Shown here piece by piece: positions 38,808 through 47,582 of a DNA stretch of 64,000 nucleotides. The notes under the pieces were generated by a model. That model did no database searches and was not told the DNA's origin. It saw only the letters and a list, made by a program, of their open reading frames with translations. The stretch is taken from contig DIPH01000001.1 of the NCBI GenBank assembly GCA_002424045.1, positions 13,484-77,483 of the forward strand. Direction: 5' to 3'. A program made the translations under genes and the position numbers. This DNA comes from Firmicutes bacterium UBA5493 (GTDB lineage: Bacteria; Bacillota; Limnochordia; Darwinibacteriales; Darwinibacteriaceae). Numbering within the stretch: the stretch's first letter is position 1; each line of letters starts with the position of its first letter.

Positions 38808-38846
38808 GCGATTTAGTGTCATGGATGACGCTAAATCGTCTTTTTT
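38808..38846. terminator. Terminator between tRNA-Asp and sdaAA
   Basis: CGATTTAGTGTCAT-gg-ATGACGCTAAATCG then TCTTTTTT. Confidence 0.75.
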
Positions 38847-39726
38847 ATAGGCGGTATTTTTCCCGCATTTCCTTGTAAAGTCTCTTACCCGTTGGGCTAG
38901 CGGCCAATCCTCCCATAGAGGTCTCCCGCAAACTCTCCGGCATAGCCTTGCCAATTTGTTTCATGGCCACAACGGTTTCGTCATAGGGAATCACACCTGG
39001 AATCCCGGCTAAGGCCATATTCGCAGCCACAACTGCAGTCGTGGCCGAGGTCGCATTGCGCGTGACGCAAGGGACTTCAACGAGGGAAGCCAAGGGATCA
39101 CACACCAAGCCCAAATGGCTTTGCAGCGCTAGGGAAGCCGCCCCAAAAACCTGTTCACCTGAACCGCCCATCAAATGGACAATGGCTCCTGCTGCCATGG
39201 CTGAGGCTACACCACATTCGCTTTGGCATCCAGCTTCGGCACCGCTAATGGGACCTTGGGAGGCGGACACGATCCCCACTCCACCCATAACCAAAAGGGC
39301 TTCAATGAGTTCTTCGTCACTGCTACCCACTTCTTCGGCAACAGCAAGCATTGCGCCTGGAACAACGCCACAGGCTCCTGCAGTAGGGCAGGCCACAATT
39401 CTGCCTAAACCGGCATTATACTGTCCGACAGCCAAGGCATAGAGTATGACATTGTGGAAAAGAGAACCACCCAAAACCCGTCCCTCTCTACTGGCCTCGT
39501 TAAACAAGTGACCATAGCCGGTAATGATGTGGGTCCTCTCCCCTTTATCTTGAATGCCGTTTTCCACCGCAGCGCGCATCACCTTTAGTGTTTCCCGCAT
39601 CTGCTTGCGCACCTCTTCACAAGACGTATTGCTACGAAACGCCTCGTATTCGGCAACAACCTGAGCGAGATCCTGATCGCGCTCCGTACACAGTTCTAGT
39701 AACTGACTTGCACTGGTAATATCCAC
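38845..39726 (-). CDS. sdaAA: L-serine dehydratase, Fe-S dependent, alpha subunit
   Basis: IVACPTAGACGVVP, SGAEAGCQSECG, LGLVCDP..VEVPC. Confidence 0.94.
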   Translation of the reverse strand: MDITSASQLLELCTERDQDLAQVVAEYEAFRSNTSCEEVRKQMRETLKVMRAAVENGIQDKGERTHIITGYGHLFNEASREGRVLGGSLFHNVILYALAVGQYNAGLGRIVACPTAGACGVVPGAMLAVAEEVGSSDEELIEALLVMGGVGIVSASQGPISGAEAGCQSECGVASAMAAGAIVHLMGGSGEQVFGAASLALQSHLGLVCDPLASLVEVPCVTRNATSATTAVVAANMALAGIPGVIPYDETVVAMKQIGKAMPESLRETSMGGLAASPTGKRLYKEMREKYRL

Positions 39727-39736
39727 ACAAATCCCC

Positions 39737-40408
39737 CTAAAAACGCGGTAGTATTCTGACCACGATGACGCCAGGTATCCTCATCACATGTTGCAGCGCT
39801 AAATCTGGAATCAGATCATCCGTTTCGGCTAGTAATAGTGCCTTTGACCCACGGGTCTTACGGCTTACATCCAAAAATGCAATATTGATCCCATGAATGG
39901 CTAACACCTTCGTGACTTCGGCGATCACTCCCGGTTCATCCCGGTGCATGGTCATAAGTGTTGTATATGTACCATCGACCCCTACGTCAAAACCGTTGAC
40001 CTCAAAAATATTAATGCGTCCACCGCCCACCGAAGCCCCCGCGATCACTACCTTGTCTTCGGATCCTTCAGCCTGAATGCGCACCGAATTAGGGTGTACG
40101 TCTCCTAAATCGCCATGTTCAAACGTGTATTCTAAACCAGCTTCCTCTGCTATTTCTAGCGCATGGGGAATCCGTTCATCATCCATGGCCATCCCCAAGA
40201 GACCTGCAATGAGGGCCACATCTGTGCGATGCCCCCAGTAGGTAGCAGCAAAAGAACCATGGAGGGTGACCTGAGCCTTGGTAACATCTTTGCCAAGGAT
40301 TCTCCGTGTGGCTAGACCCAAACGTACCGCTCCAGCCGTATGCGAGCTTGACGGGCCTACCATAATCGGACCAACAACATCAAACAAACCGATTCGTGCC
40401 ATAGGCAT
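39737..40408 (-). CDS. sdaAB: L-serine dehydratase beta subunit (ACT domain)
   Basis: GPIMVGPSSSHTAGA, HPNSV, SVGGG, HRDEPGVIA. Confidence 0.94.
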   Translation of the reverse strand: MPMARIGLFDVVGPIMVGPSSSHTAGAVRLGLATRRILGKDVTKAQVTLHGSFAATYWGHRTDVALIAGLLGMAMDDERIPHALEIAEEAGLEYTFEHGDLGDVHPNSVRIQAEGSEDKVVIAGASVGGGRINIFEVNGFDVGVDGTYTTLMTMHRDEPGVIAEVTKVLAIHGINIAFLDVSRKTRGSKALLLAETDDLIPDLALQHVMRIPGVIVVRILPRF

Positions 40409-40423
40409 TCATCACCTCAATTC

Positions 40424-40451
40424 ATCATACACTTTTTATCATACACTTTTT
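40424..40451. repeat. Exact 14-bp tandem duplication in the sdaAB promoter
   Basis: ATCATACACTTTTT x2. Confidence 0.95.
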
Positions 40452-40520
40452 CCTGTATGTTTTCTACACCAACTAAAAAGTCCCTAGCTAACCCATCTTT
40501 GGTTAGCCAAGGACTCTTTC

Positions 40521-40691
40521 TTACGTTTGATCCAAATTGGTGAGTTGTTCCCAGAAAATGTCCAGCTCACATGTTTCTTCCTCGCCTTGCCAGTGTAGGC
40601 AGCTCTCACAACTTCGTTCTGCATCCCCATCTTCTGCATCATAGGCACTACACGTTTGTCCAACATGACGCATTTCCATTAAACTCGGCAC
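40521..40691 (-). CDS. Small acidic four-cysteine protein (about 56 aa)
   Basis: TCSAY...SCESCLHW...TCELDIF; GAGGAG RBS 9 nt before GTG; start uncertain. Confidence 0.65.
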   Translation of the reverse strand: MPSLMEMRHVGQTCSAYDAEDGDAERSCESCLHWQGEEETCELDIFWEQLTNLDQT

Positions 40692-40750
40692 AGGCAACAG
40701 CTCCTCTTGCTCCTTTTTAGCTAGTATGACCATTGGCCGAAAAAGTATGA

Positions 40751-40774
40751 AAGGGTCTCCCTAGGGAGACCCTT
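40751..40774 (-). terminator. Hairpin/terminator after the FMN-binding protein gene
   Basis: AAGGGTCTCCC-TA-GGGAGACCCTT perfect palindrome. Confidence 0.7.
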
Positions 40775-40790
40775 CTCATTGTAGCGTGAC

Positions 40791-41732
40791 TTAGTTAACT
40801 GCATCTTCCACTGCAGCTAGAACCGCTTTACTGGTAACTGTAGCTCCGCTTACGGCATCTACAGGACCTTGTGCTTCGATGATGGCTGAGGGAAGTGTCT
40901 CCAAGGCGCTATTGGCAATAAAGGGGGTTTCGCTATTCTCTACAATTACGATTTCGGTGATCTTACCCCCACTGACTGTTACATCAAGGACAAGCTCTCC
41001 ACCAAAGCCTTGAGCGCTGCCGCGATGTGTACCATCGCCTACATTAATTTCAAATGCTGTACTGGTGACAGTCTCTTCCTCTTCGGCAGGTTCTTCCACA
41101 ACACCTGTACCAGTTAGCGCGTTCTCCACAGCTTCGATAAGGGCCATGCTCGTATATGTTGCGCCACTTACCACTTCAACATGGGCACTTTGGGTTTGTA
41201 CAATGGTCGCAGTCAGTTCCTCAATAGCTGCGTCAGCCACAAAGGGGGTTTCCTGGTGCGGCCTCACCGTGACATCGCTGATTTTTCCGTCACTAATGGT
41301 CACATCCACAATCAAGTCACCGCCGAAACCTTGGGCACTACCGGCATAAACTCCATCTTCATACTTTCCTTGGGCCTTCTGTAAAGCCTGTTCCACAGCT
41401 GTCAAAAGAGCTTGGCTTGTGACTGTGGCGCCGCTCACGGCTTGAACATTAATACTTTGGGATTGTACGATACTCGCTGTTAATTCCTCGATAGCTGATT
41501 CTGCAACAAAGGGTGTTTCCTGGTGCGGTCTCACCTTGACATCACTGATTTTTCCACCACTAATGGCCACATCTACGACTAAGTCACCGCCGAAACCTTT
41601 AGCCGTACCAGCATAGACGCCGTCTCTCATTACATCGGCCTGGGTCGACATAGACCAAACCACAGCGGACACTAAAAGCAAACCAATGAATAATACCAAA
41701 CTAATGTTTCTCCTCGTGCGCATTGTAAGCAC
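40791..41732 (-). CDS. Exported/membrane-anchored protein with three FMN-binding (flavinylation) domains
   Basis: Signal/anchor, then three G.A.GFGG.L..DV...ETPF...VSGAT.TS repeats. Confidence 0.9.
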   Translation of the reverse strand: MLTMRTRRNISLVLFIGLLLVSAVVWSMSTQADVMRDGVYAGTAKGFGGDLVVDVAISGGKISDVKVRPHQETPFVAESAIEELTASIVQSQSINVQAVSGATVTSQALLTAVEQALQKAQGKYEDGVYAGSAQGFGGDLIVDVTISDGKISDVTVRPHQETPFVADAAIEELTATIVQTQSAHVEVVSGATYTSMALIEAVENALTGTGVVEEPAEEEETVTSTAFEINVGDGTHRGSAQGFGGELVLDVTVSGGKITEIVIVENSETPFIANSALETLPSAIIEAQGPVDAVSGATVTSKAVLAAVEDAVN

Positions 41733-41765
41733 TAGTAAACCCCCTTATATTTCTAATGATTCTAG

Positions 41766-42896
41766 TTAGAACTCTTCGCCAGCCCGGTCAGCCCACAGTC
41801 TGATAAACTCTAGAAGCTGATCCCGAGAAGGGCTATGCATGTGGCGAACGTAAAAACCCGACGTCGCCTTGCCTACAGCCAACGATTCCTCCACGCCTAA
41901 CTGTAACATTAATCCTAGGCAAAATCCAGCATTAAAGTTGTCCCCTGCTCCGGTTGTCAGGCGCGGTTTCGATGTGAATGGACCTTCCACGTAGAAGTAC
42001 TCTCCATCCACATAAGCACCAGCTTCAAAAGTGGGGTGCACCATGACACACCACAGTCCTAAATCTGCACCCAGGGCCCTAACGATTTCCTCTAAATCTG
42101 CGTCTTCCACCGGTTTGCTGAGGGTCAAGCCCCGCACGGAGGCGATCTCTGATGCCTCTTTGCGATTAAGACCAAGGATCACCCGGTAGTAGGTAGAAAA
42201 CCGACCAATGACCTCCAGGGCCTCGCAAATGTCCCCAGGGCTGCGTTTACTCGGATCAGCCAAGTCCACGAAAAAATACGGCCGATAACCATCGGGCTGG
42301 GGACTACAAAGAGCCAGTAAGCCAGCCCAAATTTCGTTCATGTAAGGAGTCATGGTCCAATTCACCGTAGCCACCAAATCAGCTCCGCTAAAGATCCTCT
42401 TGAGCTGGTGGTTATCTACCTCTTTTTGAAGCGTTGCCCAATTCACATCGTTCAAAGACTCCATTTTTCCAAGCATCACCTTACCATCATCAAACTCTAC
42501 AGCATCAGTGTGACCCGGTTCTGCGATGGAAAAGACCTGCGTGCATCCATCTGTGAGTTCGGTAAAAACAGGATGAATATTGGGGGATCCCAGAGAACCA
42601 ACATACGATACACTGGTTCCTGCCTTCACCAAGGCATTCGCCATGATGGGCCCGTTCCCACCAAGCTTCATGGTTTTTGGAACAAACTCAATATTGGTGC
42701 TGAGACCCGCGGCCTTGGAAATACGCTCCCCAAACTGGCGTATATTCGTCATTCGTGTATATGAGTCAAAGGATTGCCTACGATCAACTACTTCTACGAT
42801 CTCATCAACAAATCCATCAAACCCGATGGCCACGGAGAATCGGGCGGGATCGAGATTTTGCATGCGCTGATATAGTTGCCTTAATTTTACTTGCAT
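41766..42896 (-). CDS. PfkB/ribokinase-superfamily kinase
   Basis: GFDGFVDEI, LGGNGPIMA, C-terminal TTGAGDNFNAGF. Confidence 0.85.
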   Translation of the reverse strand: MQVKLRQLYQRMQNLDPARFSVAIGFDGFVDEIVEVVDRRQSFDSYTRMTNIRQFGERISKAAGLSTNIEFVPKTMKLGGNGPIMANALVKAGTSVSYVGSLGSPNIHPVFTELTDGCTQVFSIAEPGHTDAVEFDDGKVMLGKMESLNDVNWATLQKEVDNHQLKRIFSGADLVATVNWTMTPYMNEIWAGLLALCSPQPDGYRPYFFVDLADPSKRSPGDICEALEVIGRFSTYYRVILGLNRKEASEIASVRGLTLSKPVEDADLEEIVRALGADLGLWCVMVHPTFEAGAYVDGEYFYVEGPFTSKPRLTTGAGDNFNAGFCLGLMLQLGVEESLAVGKATSGFYVRHMHSPSRDQLLEFIRLWADRAGEEF

Positions 42897-42981
42897 CTCT
42901 GTCCATTTACCTCCTAGAACAAGCTCTACTCACATTTCTCGATCTAGGGACAATTTCCTCCTGAAGATTATCAACAGTCTC

Positions 42982-43800
42982 CTAGTTCACTAAGAAGATC
43001 ACCGCATAACGGGCAAAGAAGTCATACTGCACCATGGCCTCCAAAACCCGGCGAGTGTCTTCTTCACTAATATACACCCCGGTCTGGGCTGCATCGGCCA
43101 CCGCAAGCGCCTCCACCACCAGTGGAGCCACATAGGGATAATCAGAATCCACAGCTATACGGCTCAAAAGGTCAGAGGTTAACTCCGAACCATAGCCCAC
43201 CACTCCCTGATCCTGCACAAAATCTTGTCCCGCCAAAACGCCACCATAGAGAAGTTGACCTGATTCGCTATAAATGCGGGGGCTCATTCCCCTTCTTACC
43301 TCGAGGTGGCGGGCATCAATTACCAAACCCGTATAAAAGGTGCCTTGCGTGGCAAGCTTTTCGCTCCAATACTCATACATCTGCTGGGACGAGGCGTAGC
43401 TCCGTTCCACCTTCAGATCCTTCCAATAGTAACGTCCTTCTTTGTCAGCTGTTACCACAAGCTCAAAGCGTCCTGGGCTAGGAGTGGTGTGTACTTCGGG
43501 CACGCTCAAGGTTGTCCAACCCCCACCTCCAACTAACTCGTGTCGTGATATATGATGCTCGGTTACTTCATTATTGTTCTTGATGTGGCATAGAGTCATA
43601 GTAACGGATGCATCAGCCAAGTCGGTGCGTAAAGCCATGCTAATCACATAGCTCTTTCCTGCCTCCAAAGGCAAATCAAAGCGAAATTCCTGCCCGGCAC
43701 CGAGCATTAAGGATGTACCCATTGCCATAACACCGCCACTTTCAGTCAATAAAAGGAACAATAACATTGAACCTGTAAGAATGTGAAAGAACTTTTTCAA
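42982..43800 (-). CDS. Exported hypothetical protein; beta-rich N-domain plus C-domain like that of LPP20-annotated proteins
   Basis: Signal peptide; YTGLVIDARHL...MSPRIY...GVVGY...VIFLV motif. Confidence 0.7.
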   Translation of the reverse strand: MKKFFHILTGSMLLFLLLTESGGVMAMGTSLMLGAGQEFRFDLPLEAGKSYVISMALRTDLADASVTMTLCHIKNNNEVTEHHISRHELVGGGGWTTLSVPEVHTTPSPGRFELVVTADKEGRYYWKDLKVERSYASSQQMYEYWSEKLATQGTFYTGLVIDARHLEVRRGMSPRIYSESGQLLYGGVLAGQDFVQDQGVVGYGSELTSDLLSRIAVDSDYPYVAPLVVEALAVADAAQTGVYISEEDTRRVLEAMVQYDFFARYAVIFLVN

Positions 43801-43890
43801 AACAGAACCTCCATCTGGGGCGAATTTCCATTCGTGCCGATTTCCCCCTTAGCCTATACAATAAACTTACCACAAAAGGGGGAGTTTTTC

Positions 43891-44520
43891 TTGACTAGAA
43901 AATACTGGATTCTTTTTATCCTTGTACTTATTGCCCTGCCTATTACAGGATGTTCGTCCATTGCAGATCAGGGTGGGGGGGTGCCGTGGAAACCGCAACC
44001 TCTCTGGCTAACGGATGGTTTTGACTTTCCCGTAGGTAACCCCGATGGACGGGGCTGGTCGATCACAGGCTACAATTTCTTGAGTTGGAGCACGTATAGT
44101 AATTCTTACCACCCAGGGGAAGACTGGAATATTCCAGGCGCCGGCAACGGTGATCATGGTGAACCGGTCTATTCTGTGGCCAATGGAAAAGTCGTCTTCT
44201 CTGGATGGAACACAGCCCTGGGTAACGTTATCTTAATCAAACACTCCATTTCTCCCGAGGATTTCGTATGGTCCCAGTACGCCCACCTAGATGAGCTCTG
44301 GGTATCCAAGGGAGAGCTAGTGGCTCGCCGCCAACCCATAGGCACTGTAGGCCGGGGTCCCAATAATCGTTTCGCCGCCCATCTCCACTTTGAGATGCGC
44401 AAGGAAGATCTTCCAGCCAACGCCTGGCCGCGAACGAATGGAGTGGCTTGGCCACGCTCGAGGGTAACAGATTATTGGCTCCATCCAACTTCCTTTATAA
44501 ATCAAAACAGACCACAATAG
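43891..44520 (+). CDS. M23-family metallopeptidase lipoprotein
   Basis: Lipobox ITGC, HPGED (HxxxD), YAHL, HLHFE; TTG start after GGGGGAG. Confidence 0.88.
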   Translation: MTRKYWILFILVLIALPITGCSSIADQGGGVPWKPQPLWLTDGFDFPVGNPDGRGWSITGYNFLSWSTYSNSYHPGEDWNIPGAGNGDHGEPVYSVANGKVVFSGWNTALGNVILIKHSISPEDFVWSQYAHLDELWVSKGELVARRQPIGTVGRGPNNRFAAHLHFEMRKEDLPANAWPRTNGVAWPRSRVTDYWLHPTSFINQNRPQ

Positions 44521-44565
44521 CGTTTTATGCTAGAATATAGATAGCAAGAGTGAGGAGGCGCTACT

Positions 44566-45432
44566 ATGTTCCTTAAAGATTACCCTCTATCTAAGGTCAC
44601 GTCGCTAGGGGTGGGAGGACCGGCCGACTTCTTCATCCAGCCAAAGTCCACCCACGAGGTTGTCCAGGCCCAAAACTTTTCAGCAGAGAAAGGGTTACCC
44701 CTGACCATTATCGGGTATGGTACAAATCTCTTGATTCGCGACGGGGGAATTCGAGGGGTTGTCCTGCAAATGGCCCAGGCCTTTGCGGGAGCCAAGGTAG
44801 AAGGCACCATCCTCACTGCCCAGGCTGGATGTCTCCTAGGCTCCTTAAGCAAACTGGCCCTACATCACCACCTCAGCGGTCTGGAGTTCGCCGTGGGTAT
44901 ACCCGGTGGATTAGGAGGAGCCGCCTTTATGAATGCCGGTGCCTATGGCGGTGAAATTGGGCCTCTGATCCGCAGCATACAGTACGTCCAAAACGGACAG
45001 CCCGGCACCTGGAACCGTGACGAATTTTATTTTTCCTATCGGTCCAGTCGCCTCCAGGGTGATGCCAAGGGCGCCATCGTTACCCAAGCGGAACTCGAAC
45101 TTACCCCTGGAGAGCCTTGCGACATTTTTCAAAAAATGGACGATTTTCAAAACCAAAGACGTAGCAAGCAGCCACTAGAATACCCCAGCGCCGGTAGCAC
45201 ATTCAAACGTCCTCCAGGACACTACGTGGGACCACTGATCGAGAAGGCGGGACTGAAGGGTTTTAGGATCGGTGGAGCCCAAGTATCCACCAAGCACGCG
45301 GGCTTCATTATCAAGACCGGCGAGGCCACAGCCCAGGACTTCTTGGACTTGATCGCCAAAATCCAAGATACGATCCGGCAAGGCTTCGGCGTTCAGCTCG
45401 AACCGGAAATTCGCATACTTGGAGAAGATTAA
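44566..45432 (+). CDS. murB: UDP-N-acetylmuramate dehydrogenase
   Basis: GGPADFF, GIPGGLGGAAFMNAGAYG, QPLEYPSAGSTFKRP, VSTKHAGF. Confidence 0.96.
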   Translation: MFLKDYPLSKVTSLGVGGPADFFIQPKSTHEVVQAQNFSAEKGLPLTIIGYGTNLLIRDGGIRGVVLQMAQAFAGAKVEGTILTAQAGCLLGSLSKLALHHHLSGLEFAVGIPGGLGGAAFMNAGAYGGEIGPLIRSIQYVQNGQPGTWNRDEFYFSYRSSRLQGDAKGAIVTQAELELTPGEPCDIFQKMDDFQNQRRSKQPLEYPSAGSTFKRPPGHYVGPLIEKAGLKGFRIGGAQVSTKHAGFIIKTGEATAQDFLDLIAKIQDTIRQGFGVQLEPEIRILGED

Positions 45433-45445
45433 GACTACCTCCCAG

Positions 45446-46441
45446 TCATCGTTTGAGTTTTTCTACATTTTCTTTCACTTCTCTGTAGGTGGCAGGATTT
45501 AGATGGGCCTTTTCCAGAAGTCGCAACACCTCTTCCACCCTGCGGGTATCGAAAACCTGATCCTTTTTCACATAAGGTTTTCTGACTTGAAAACGTTTGT
45601 GGCCTTGTGACCGGTCATGAGCGCTTAAGTACAACTCCTCCTTGATCAATCGCCTGCAATACCCCACAGGGCAATGCTCATTACGGCACATCTTTTCATG
45701 GAGACAGAGTTCGTCTAAGGCCTTATCTAGCGCCTGGAGGTGCCCCGCAACTGCTTTGAAGGTACCTGGCTTGACTACAGCTTGGCGCCTTTCCCTAAAG
45801 AGCGGGATCAACAGGGACATAAGCAGTGCTGCTAAGAACCCTAAGAACAAAATCGCATTTGGAACGGTCAGAAATCTATCGGGGACGGTCTGGGCTAGAT
45901 GAAAGAGGCCGAATCCTATAAACACAGCACTGGATATTAACTTGAGGGAAAAGTCGGGAATCCGCTCGCCAAGTTTACTACCAACTAAAATGGCAACTAG
46001 ACTCGTTAAGACCATGCCCAGCACAGTTCCAGCCAGAATTGCCCAGGGAAACAGAGCGTTCGATGCTAGAGCAATGGCGGTCAGTTGCGTCTTGTCGCCT
46101 AGTTCACCTAAAAAAAAAGCTAAGGCCACCACCAGTACAGGACTGGTAAAAGCCCTATTTGCACCGTGGCCCTCATCGTCTGTGCTCCTCAGTGTCCATA
46201 ATCCAAAACCCAGAAACAACAGAGCTGATCCGAAACGAATAGCCGATAACGGTACGATGTGGGCCAGATACGCCCCAATGATCACCGCTAAGCCGTGATT
46301 TAAAAAAGACCCGAGGGCTACCCCAGTCAGCACTTGTCCCACCGAAAACTGTAAAGCGAATGTCATGGCAAGTATTTGAGTTTTGTCTCCTAGTTCTGCG
46401 ATAAAAATCAAGCCTGCCGCTTTCCCTATTTCATAGAGCAT
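45446..46441 (-). CDS. TMEM165/GDT1 (UPF0016) Mn/Ca exporter with Cys-rich C-terminal extension
   Basis: Two ELGDKTQ motifs; soluble tail LCLHEKMCRNEHCPVGYC. Confidence 0.9.
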   Translation of the reverse strand: MLYEIGKAAGLIFIAELGDKTQILAMTFALQFSVGQVLTGVALGSFLNHGLAVIIGAYLAHIVPLSAIRFGSALLFLGFGLWTLRSTDDEGHGANRAFTSPVLVVALAFFLGELGDKTQLTAIALASNALFPWAILAGTVLGMVLTSLVAILVGSKLGERIPDFSLKLISSAVFIGFGLFHLAQTVPDRFLTVPNAILFLGFLAALLMSLLIPLFRERRQAVVKPGTFKAVAGHLQALDKALDELCLHEKMCRNEHCPVGYCRRLIKEELYLSAHDRSQGHKRFQVRKPYVKKDQVFDTRRVEEVLRLLEKAHLNPATYREVKENVEKLKR

Positions 46442-46556
46442 TATGTTCGTCCCTTCCAATAGACACAGTTAAGATTTCTTGACAAGAAACATGCGACTCT
46501 GGCAGGAATTTCGAACCTGCACAGGGTATAAGGATCTGCGAGGGGAGGTAATGAGA

Positions 46557-46766
46557 ATGAGCACCATGTTTAAGACCGGCGAATTTTTCGTGCGTCTTCG
46601 CGTTCAAGGAGAACGCCCCAAGTTAACAATCTGGAATCACAACGGCACAAAAATAATCAGTGAGTTTATTAGCAGCACTACACCAAATTTTTGGATCCAA
46701 ATCGGCAAGCTAACATCGCAGGACGTGGTTGATCAAGTTCAATCCCTACTTCAAAACGAAAAATAA
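46557..46766 (+). CDS. Small hypothetical protein (69 aa)
   Basis: GGGGAGGT RBS; MSTMFKTGEFFVRLR...; first gene before cutC. Confidence 0.65.
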   Translation: MSTMFKTGEFFVRLRVQGERPKLTIWNHNGTKIISEFISSTTPNFWIQIGKLTSQDVVDQVQSLLQNEK

Positions 46767-46835
46767 ACAACTGCTCCAATAAACAGCCTTGCCAGATCCG
46801 GCGAGGCTGGTTTTGCGTGGAAAGGAGACCTGAGA

Positions 46836-47582
46836 ATGCTCGTTGAAGTTGTTTGCTACACAATCGAAGATGTCTTTAGGGCCCGTAAGGCCAGAGCCCA
46901 CAGGGTAGAGCTCTGTGCAGATCCTGGTGCTGGCGGTACTACACCGAATTATGGGTTCATAAAGCAGAGCGCCAAATTTGACGATATTGATACCATGGTA
47001 ATGATACGCCCCCGAGGCGGTGATTTCCTCTATAACGGCCAGGAGATTTTGCAAATGGAAGACGATATCCGCCTGGCCGCTCAGTTAGGTGTACAGGGAG
47101 TAGTCTTTGGAGTACTCGATGAGACTGGCTCCTTCGATAGGCCTGCCATGTCACGCCTGGTTCGGCTTGCTAAGGGTCTACAGCTTGAGATCACGTGCCA
47201 CCGTGCCTTTGACGTGGCTCGCGATCCCCATGAATCCTTACAAATCTTGATAGAGTTGGGCGTGGATCGGCTCCTTACCTCAGGGCAACAGAAGACCGCG
47301 GTAGAAGGAATTCCCCTCATACGCGAACTCATAAAACGAGCTGAGGGGAGAATCTCCATTATGCCGGGAGGCGGCATTCGCCCTGAGCATGCAGGAGAGT
47401 TCCTCAAGCTAGATGTGGCAGAAATTCACACAGGAAGCAAGACTAAGGTTCCGTCCCGTATGAAATACGCCCCTTCCGACGTCAAGATGGGATCCGATGA
47501 TACCCAGGAGTATCACTGGTTCGTTGATGTAGAAGCAATCAAATCTATTGTAGAGACGGTGAGAGGTGAGCGCTTGTGCTAA
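46836..47582 (+). CDS. cutC: CutC-family TIM-barrel protein
   Basis: RVELC..GGTTP, MIRPRGGDF, TCHRAFD, LTSGQ, IMPGGG. Confidence 0.93.
   Translation: MLVEVVCYTIEDVFRARKARAHRVELCADPGAGGTTPNYGFIKQSAKFDDIDTMVMIRPRGGDFLYNGQEILQMEDDIRLAAQLGVQGVVFGVLDETGSFDRPAMSRLVRLAKGLQLEITCHRAFDVARDPHESLQILIELGVDRLLTSGQQKTAVEGIPLIRELIKRAEGRISIMPGGGIRPEHAGEFLKLDVAEIHTGSKTKVPSRMKYAPSDVKMGSDDTQEYHWFVDVEAIKSIVETVRGERLC

Noticed and set aside
40791-41732. Repeated DNA as a CRISPR array or mobile repeat
   Set aside because: The repeats are in-frame protein domain duplications with no spacer structure.
46441-46557. yybP-ykoY manganese riboswitch upstream of the GDT1 gene
   Set aside because: Only about 115 bp shared between divergent genes, with no recognisable aptamer motifs.
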